A stretch of DNA of 64,000 nucleotides, taken from the NCBI GenBank assembly GCA_965249575.1, contig OZ252244.1:2848001-2912000 (forward strand), read 5' to 3'. The notes beneath the pieces were generated by a model. It was not told the DNA's origin and searched no databases. It worked only from the letters and a program-made list of their open reading frames with translations. Of the stretch, positions 59,450 to 64,000 are shown piece by piece; positions within the stretch are counted from its first letter, which is position 1; every line of letters starts with the position of its first letter. Source of the DNA: Gemmatimonadales bacterium (lineage in GTDB: Bacteria > Gemmatimonadota > Gemmatimonadetes > Gemmatimonadales > GWC2-71-9). A program made the translations under genes and the position numbers.

Positions 59450-61220
59450 ATGGTCCGATTTACGTACTCCATGGGTAAATGGCTGGCGGCTTGCATGACG
59501 ACCGGGGCCGCCGCGGCCACCATCCTGCGCTACCTCCATATCGCGGGTCTCATCGGGTCGGAGCCCCATCGCCTCGCAGCGGAAGCGACCTGGGTCGGGC
59601 TCTCACCGGTGGCCGACACGGTGCATTCGATCGGCGATACGGTCCGGCTCGTAGCGACTGCGACGGACCGGTTCGGTACCTCGCTTCCAGGAGCCGCGAC
59701 CGCCAGGGATCGCGACCAGCCAGATGTCGCGGCGGTGGACAGCACCGGTATCGTGGTCGCTCGAGGAGAGGGAGCCGCGGCAGTCTCGGTGACGATCGGG
59801 TCGCAATCGGCGCAGGCGCAGGTCCTGGTGCACCCGATCGTCGAGGAGGTGCATTTGTCGTTCGACAGCACTCTTCGTGTTCCGGAAGGGCACTTCCGCC
59901 AGGTGTTCGCTCGCGCGCTCGACGCACGCGGATTCGAGCTAGCGCGAACACCGGTCTGGGTCTCGTCCGACTCCACCGTGGCGACCGTGGACAGTTCGGG
60001 GAGCGTGTGGGGTGTCGCTCCGGGACGCACGCGGCTCGCCGCGACGGTCGAGGGCGTCACTGCCCACACGGAGATACGAGTCGTGCCGGCCCCGGCTTTC
60101 GTGACCGTGCGAGGTGAGGGGCAGCGGGCACCGGCGGGTCAGCCGCTTGCCGAGCCGACGGAGGTCGAGGTGCTCTCCGACCGACGGCAGCCGATCGGGA
60201 ATGTTCCGGTAGAGTTCGTAGCGGTAGACCCGCACGGGAACGCGTCGGTTGACACGACGCTCACGGATCCTGCGGGTCGGGCCCGGACTCGGTGGATCTT
60301 GACGGATGTCCCCGGCCAGCAGCGGCTCCGGATCACCGTTGATGGCTTCGACAGCTCGATCACCGTCATGGCGGAGGCCGATCCAATCGCTGCGAACACT
60401 CGAGTGGTCCCCGTCTCCTCGGCCGTTCGCGGCCTCGTTGGCGAGCCGCTCGCTGAGCCGTACGGGGTGCTGGTCACTGATTCGATCGGCCGAGTCTTGC
60501 CGACGGTCCCGGTGTCATGGGCTCCCTTGGACGGTGGCGTGGTCACGCCCGCAGCCGAGCGGACCGACTCGCTGGGGCGGGCGTGGGCCAAGTGGACCCT
60601 CGGTCCGACCGCCGGGAAACAGCGAATCAGGGTGCAGGTCGGGAGCGGCCGGACCGCGCCACCGGCCACCCTGTCCGTCGGCGCGGGTCCAGGCCCGCCG
60701 GCCTCGGCTGTGGTTGTGCGCGGTGGCGACCAGCGCGCTACCGTGGGCGCCGCGCTCGAGAGAATTATCATCGACGTCCGCGACTCATTCGGAAACCCGA
60801 TCCCAGGCGCGGATCTGGCGCTGTCTCCCGCCGCTGGCAACGTGCTCGACAGCGCCGTGCAAACTGATTCGAGCGGGCACGTTGCCGTGTCCTGGACCCT
60901 CGGGCGAGAGGCCGGTCTGCAGCGACTGTCCGTCCGCCTTCCAACTAGCCCGCTCGGGCCGGCGACTCCGAGATCCAATCAGTGTTCAGGTAACGGATGT
61001 CTACGGAAACCCGGTGGCCGACGTGGCCGTCACGTTCACACCAGAGGCGGGAAGCGTCGGGCCGACGCGAGCGGTGACGGATACCGAAGGAGTTGCAGTT
61101 ACCAGGTGGACATTGGGGGACACGAGTGGCTCGCAATCCCTGACAGCGGTCGTCGCCCGTTCGGCTCTCCGGTCCACTATCACGGTCGATGCGAGTCCAT
61201 CGGTGGAAGGCGGCCGATGA
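59450..61220 (+). CDS. Membrane-anchored Ig-like (Big_2/Big_1) repeat protein; frameshift or deletion near 60945
   Basis: WVSSDSTVATVDSSG; repeated D..GNP...V.W...TD..G.A...WTLG...Q. The last repeat is in another frame and ends at 61220. Confidence 0.8.
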
Positions 61221-61235
61221 GGCGCCTGGAGTAGG

Positions 61236-62879
61236 ATGCCCGACGAGCGCGAACCCGGGCAATCACCGGAAGACGTCGAGCTTCGCGAGCGGCTCGCGCG
61301 AGCACTCGGAGAACACTATGCCGTGCGTGGGCTCCTCGGGCGCGGGGGGTTCGCGGAGGTCTACGAGGTTTGGGATTCCCAGCTCGAACGGCGGCTCGCG
61401 ATCAAGGTGCTTCGCCCTGACATAGCGTGGACGTCGGGCATGCTGGATCGGTTCCGGCAGGAGGCCCGAGCGGTCGCTAAGCTCGCGCATCCCAACATCC
61501 TGCCCATCCACTTTGTCGGGGAGGGCGAGGGACTGGTCTACTACGCGATGCCCTACGTCCGCGGCCCCTCCCTCGGAGAGGTCCTTCGGTCAGGTGCAAT
61601 GGATCTCGATCGGGTGATCGAGTTGGTCCGCCCGATACTCGACGCCCTGCAGCACGCGCACGCAATGGGGCTCATCCACCGCGATATCAAGCCCGACAAC
61701 GTGATGATCGACGAGGCCTCGGGACGGGCTCTGCTGATGGACTTCGGCATCGCCAAGCGAGTCGATGCTGGCAAGGGCCAGACGCAGACCGGCTTCGTGG
61801 TCGGCACGCCCCACTACATGAGTCCCGAGCAGGCGCTGGGCCAGCGTGACCTCGATAGTCGCTCGGACCTCTACGCCATCGGAGCGATGCTCTAGCAAAT
61901 GGTGACTGGCTCTCCTCCGTTTGAGGCGGAGACGTCGCAGGAAGTCGTAGCCAAGCACATCAGCGAGCCGGCTCCCGACCCGAGTGTGCTCAATGCGCGA
62001 GTACCGGCTGAGCTGTCCGGCGTGATCGTGCGCTGCCTGGCCAAGCGCCCGGCCGAGCGGTATCAGTCTGCCGAAAGCCTGTCGCAGGCGCTCCATCACG
62101 TACAGCGGGGCCCCGGACCCGACCGAAGCGGGGAACTACCCAGCGCGCCTGCCAACCGGGCTGCCGATGGGGTGGATAGCGAGCGAACGGCTCTCCTGGT
62201 CAGCGCCGAAACGGAGCCGGCCAGCATCGGAACCGACGCCCCGCCAACTCAACTAACCGGATCGGGCGGTCGATCCCGCCGTCTGGCATGGGTTGGGGTA
62301 GGGATGGCGGCGGCAACCGCCCTGGCGCTCGTAATCTTCTTCGCCAACCGGCCGGTTCTCGTCGTAGAGAACGATCTTTCAGAGCCGATCCGTCTCAGCT
62401 TGAGTGGAAGTCCCGAGCGGGACATCGAGGGTGGCGACCGCCTAACGCTGCGTGTCGGCCGCAGGCGCGCCCTCATCGGCACGTGGCATCTCGTACGGCC
62501 CGCGACTCCCGATGGCGCCCCGATGGGCGTTGAGATCAGGGGCACGATTTACGAGGACCTGCCCCGAGGGACGATGCGGTACACGGCGAGGGGCCGGGCC
62601 GACGGGCGGGCGTATTTTGCTCCGCTGATTACGAATGCGACCGGGCAGCCGCTCTCGGTCACGGTGAATGCCGGGCTCCAGGGCTCGACGGTTTGTGGCT
62701 GCGAAATCCAGCCGGGCGCCACGCGTGCGGCCATCGGGTATTACGAACTGTTCCGCAACAGCACTGTGCGGGTGCGAGATCCGACAGGGCGCACAGCCAC
62801 GTTCGTGGATCTAGGGTCCAAGGTCGATCCAAAGAGCGGACGGGTGGGACTTCGGTTTGAGTCGGGAGACCTTCGGTGA
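61236..62879 (+). pseudogene. Hanks-type Ser/Thr protein kinase with TM and extracellular domain, interrupted by in-frame TAG 61893-61895
   Basis: [47 protein letters not shown]; the same frame continues to 62879. Confidence 0.88.
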
Positions 62880-62963
62880 GAGTTGGAACCTAGCCTTGGT
62901 CGGTCGGTACCTAACGCAGCAGGTCGTTGAAACGAAGGCAGCTCGTGCTCGGAGGGTACCGCC

Positions 62964-63590
62964 ATCAGTCTAGTACGAAGGGCCATTTGCTTGGCATCGC
63001 TCGCCCTGTTCGCGTCCGGCCACCTCGCCGGCGCGCACGGACAAGGTGTTGCGCCCTGCGAATCGGATCCGATCGGCGGCCCTACGACGGGAACGCCGTC
63101 GTCGCCCGCCCTGCAATCGGCGTTGGCCAAGCAGGCTCAGATTGCGAAGTCCGACGGTCCGTGGTGTGTCGTGCTATCTGCGGCAGAGATGGCGTCGATC
63201 ATCGCGGCCGGCCTCGACCCGCGTGCCCGCCGTGCGCTCGCCATACACCAGGTACGGCTCGATAGCCGGGGACGCCTCACCCTCGAGGGGGAGGTGGACA
63301 CCGAAGTGCTCGCGGAGGCGCTGGGCCCGCTCCTTTGGATGCTCAACCCTCACGAGCCGATCTCGGTGGTGGGTCCAGTACGGTCGGTTGGTGCGGGCTA
63401 TGTCGCGTGGGAGCCGGACGGGTTCATCATCCGTTCACTACCACTCCCCGAGCTCGCCGTCCCACGTCTCGTCAATTATCTGACTGGCCGGACTGATGGA
63501 ATCGTCCCCATTCGGGTTCCCAAAACGGTCGAGGACGTCCGGATAACCAGCCGCGGTGTGATCTTCTATCGAGCTTCGTTCGATCATTGA
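62964..63590 (+). CDS. Hypothetical secreted protein; apparent ATC start
   Basis: GGAGGG (62951-62956), then ATC 62964 giving (M)SLVRRAICLASLALFASGHLAGAHG, a signal-peptide-like sequence. Confidence 0.6.
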   Translation: MSLVRRAICLASLALFASGHLAGAHGQGVAPCESDPIGGPTTGTPSSPALQSALAKQAQIAKSDGPWCVVLSAAEMASIIAAGLDPRARRALAIHQVRLDSRGRLTLEGEVDTEVLAEALGPLLWMLNPHEPISVVGPVRSVGAGYVAWEPDGFIIRSLPLPELAVPRLVNYLTGRTDGIVPIRVPKTVEDVRITSRGVIFYRASFDH

Positions 63591-63644
63591 TGAGCCGAGT
63601 CGGTGGCGCTGTGGAGTGTGGGGAGGGATTCAGGTGGTTACGGC

Positions 63645-64000
63645 TCACCGGCGCTCAATGATCACTCTCTGCATTGAGGCACCTTCCTGCACGTCGTCGA
63701 TGATCTCCATACCGCTCACGACTTCGGCGATGATGGTGTAATTGTGGTCGAGCCGGACGTTGTCGACGAGATTGACGAAAATCTGCGCATCACCCGTGTC
63801 GCGCCCGCGCGTCGAGATCCCGACGGTACCCCTCAGGTGTGAGCGTGCCGTGAGCTCGTCGCGGGCATACGGACCGGCACCCATGAATTCGTTCGCCCCC
63901 GGGCTTCCACCCTGAATGACGAAGTTCGGCACGACGCGGTGAAAAGTCAGACCATCGAAGTACCCGTCATCGGCGAGCCGAGCGAAGCGCGCGGTGTTCG
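63645..64000 (-). CDS. Cyclophilin-type peptidyl-prolyl isomerase (C-terminal part; 5' end outside window)
   Basis: GYFDGLTFHRVVPNFVIQGG, GRDTGDAQIFVNL, LDHNYT, SGM. Confidence 0.92.
   Translation of the reverse strand, partial: NTARFARLADDGYFDGLTFHRVVPNFVIQGGSPGANEFMGAGPYARDELTARSHLRGTVGISTRGRDTGDAQIFVNLVDNVRLDHNYTIIAEVVSGMEIIDDVQEGASMQRVIIERR

Noticed and set aside
61893..61895. Genome-wide TAG recoding or pyrrolysine
   Set aside because: Several genes end in TAG at their conserved C-termini (ppc, gabD); no pyl genes in the window.

Overview
High-GC bacterial chromosomal window with about 55 genes. The gene mix (LVIVD protein, DUF5916, Ig-repeat protein next to a Ser/Thr kinase, many lipoproteins) suggests Gemmatimonadota; this is inference only. 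Most genes are metabolic or signalling: two CaiC-type acyl-CoA ligases, enoyl-CoA hydratase, DEAD-box helicase, ppc, lsrF, aceK, an SDR-hydantoinase A/B-SSADH operon, diguanylate cyclase, DUF1326/DUF2182, hemH, a TenA-SSS operon, ppgK and Leu/Val dehydrogenase. I found no rRNA, tRNA, CRISPR array, IS or integrase. Two things stand out. (1) An unannotated ~220-nt element at 49036-49255 looks like a free-standing structured RNA: a 15-nt near-perfect complement of the 16S 3' end, a 19-codon ORF, long G-U-containing stems and its own terminator. (2) The window carries many scars: a collapsed ABC operon, a TonB-receptor remnant, a tail-collar/DUF6916/histidine-kinase junction with an inversion, single-base frameshifts and an in-frame TAG. 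These reflect either genome erosion or assembly/sequencing artefacts. All calls come from motif recognition by eye; no searches were run.
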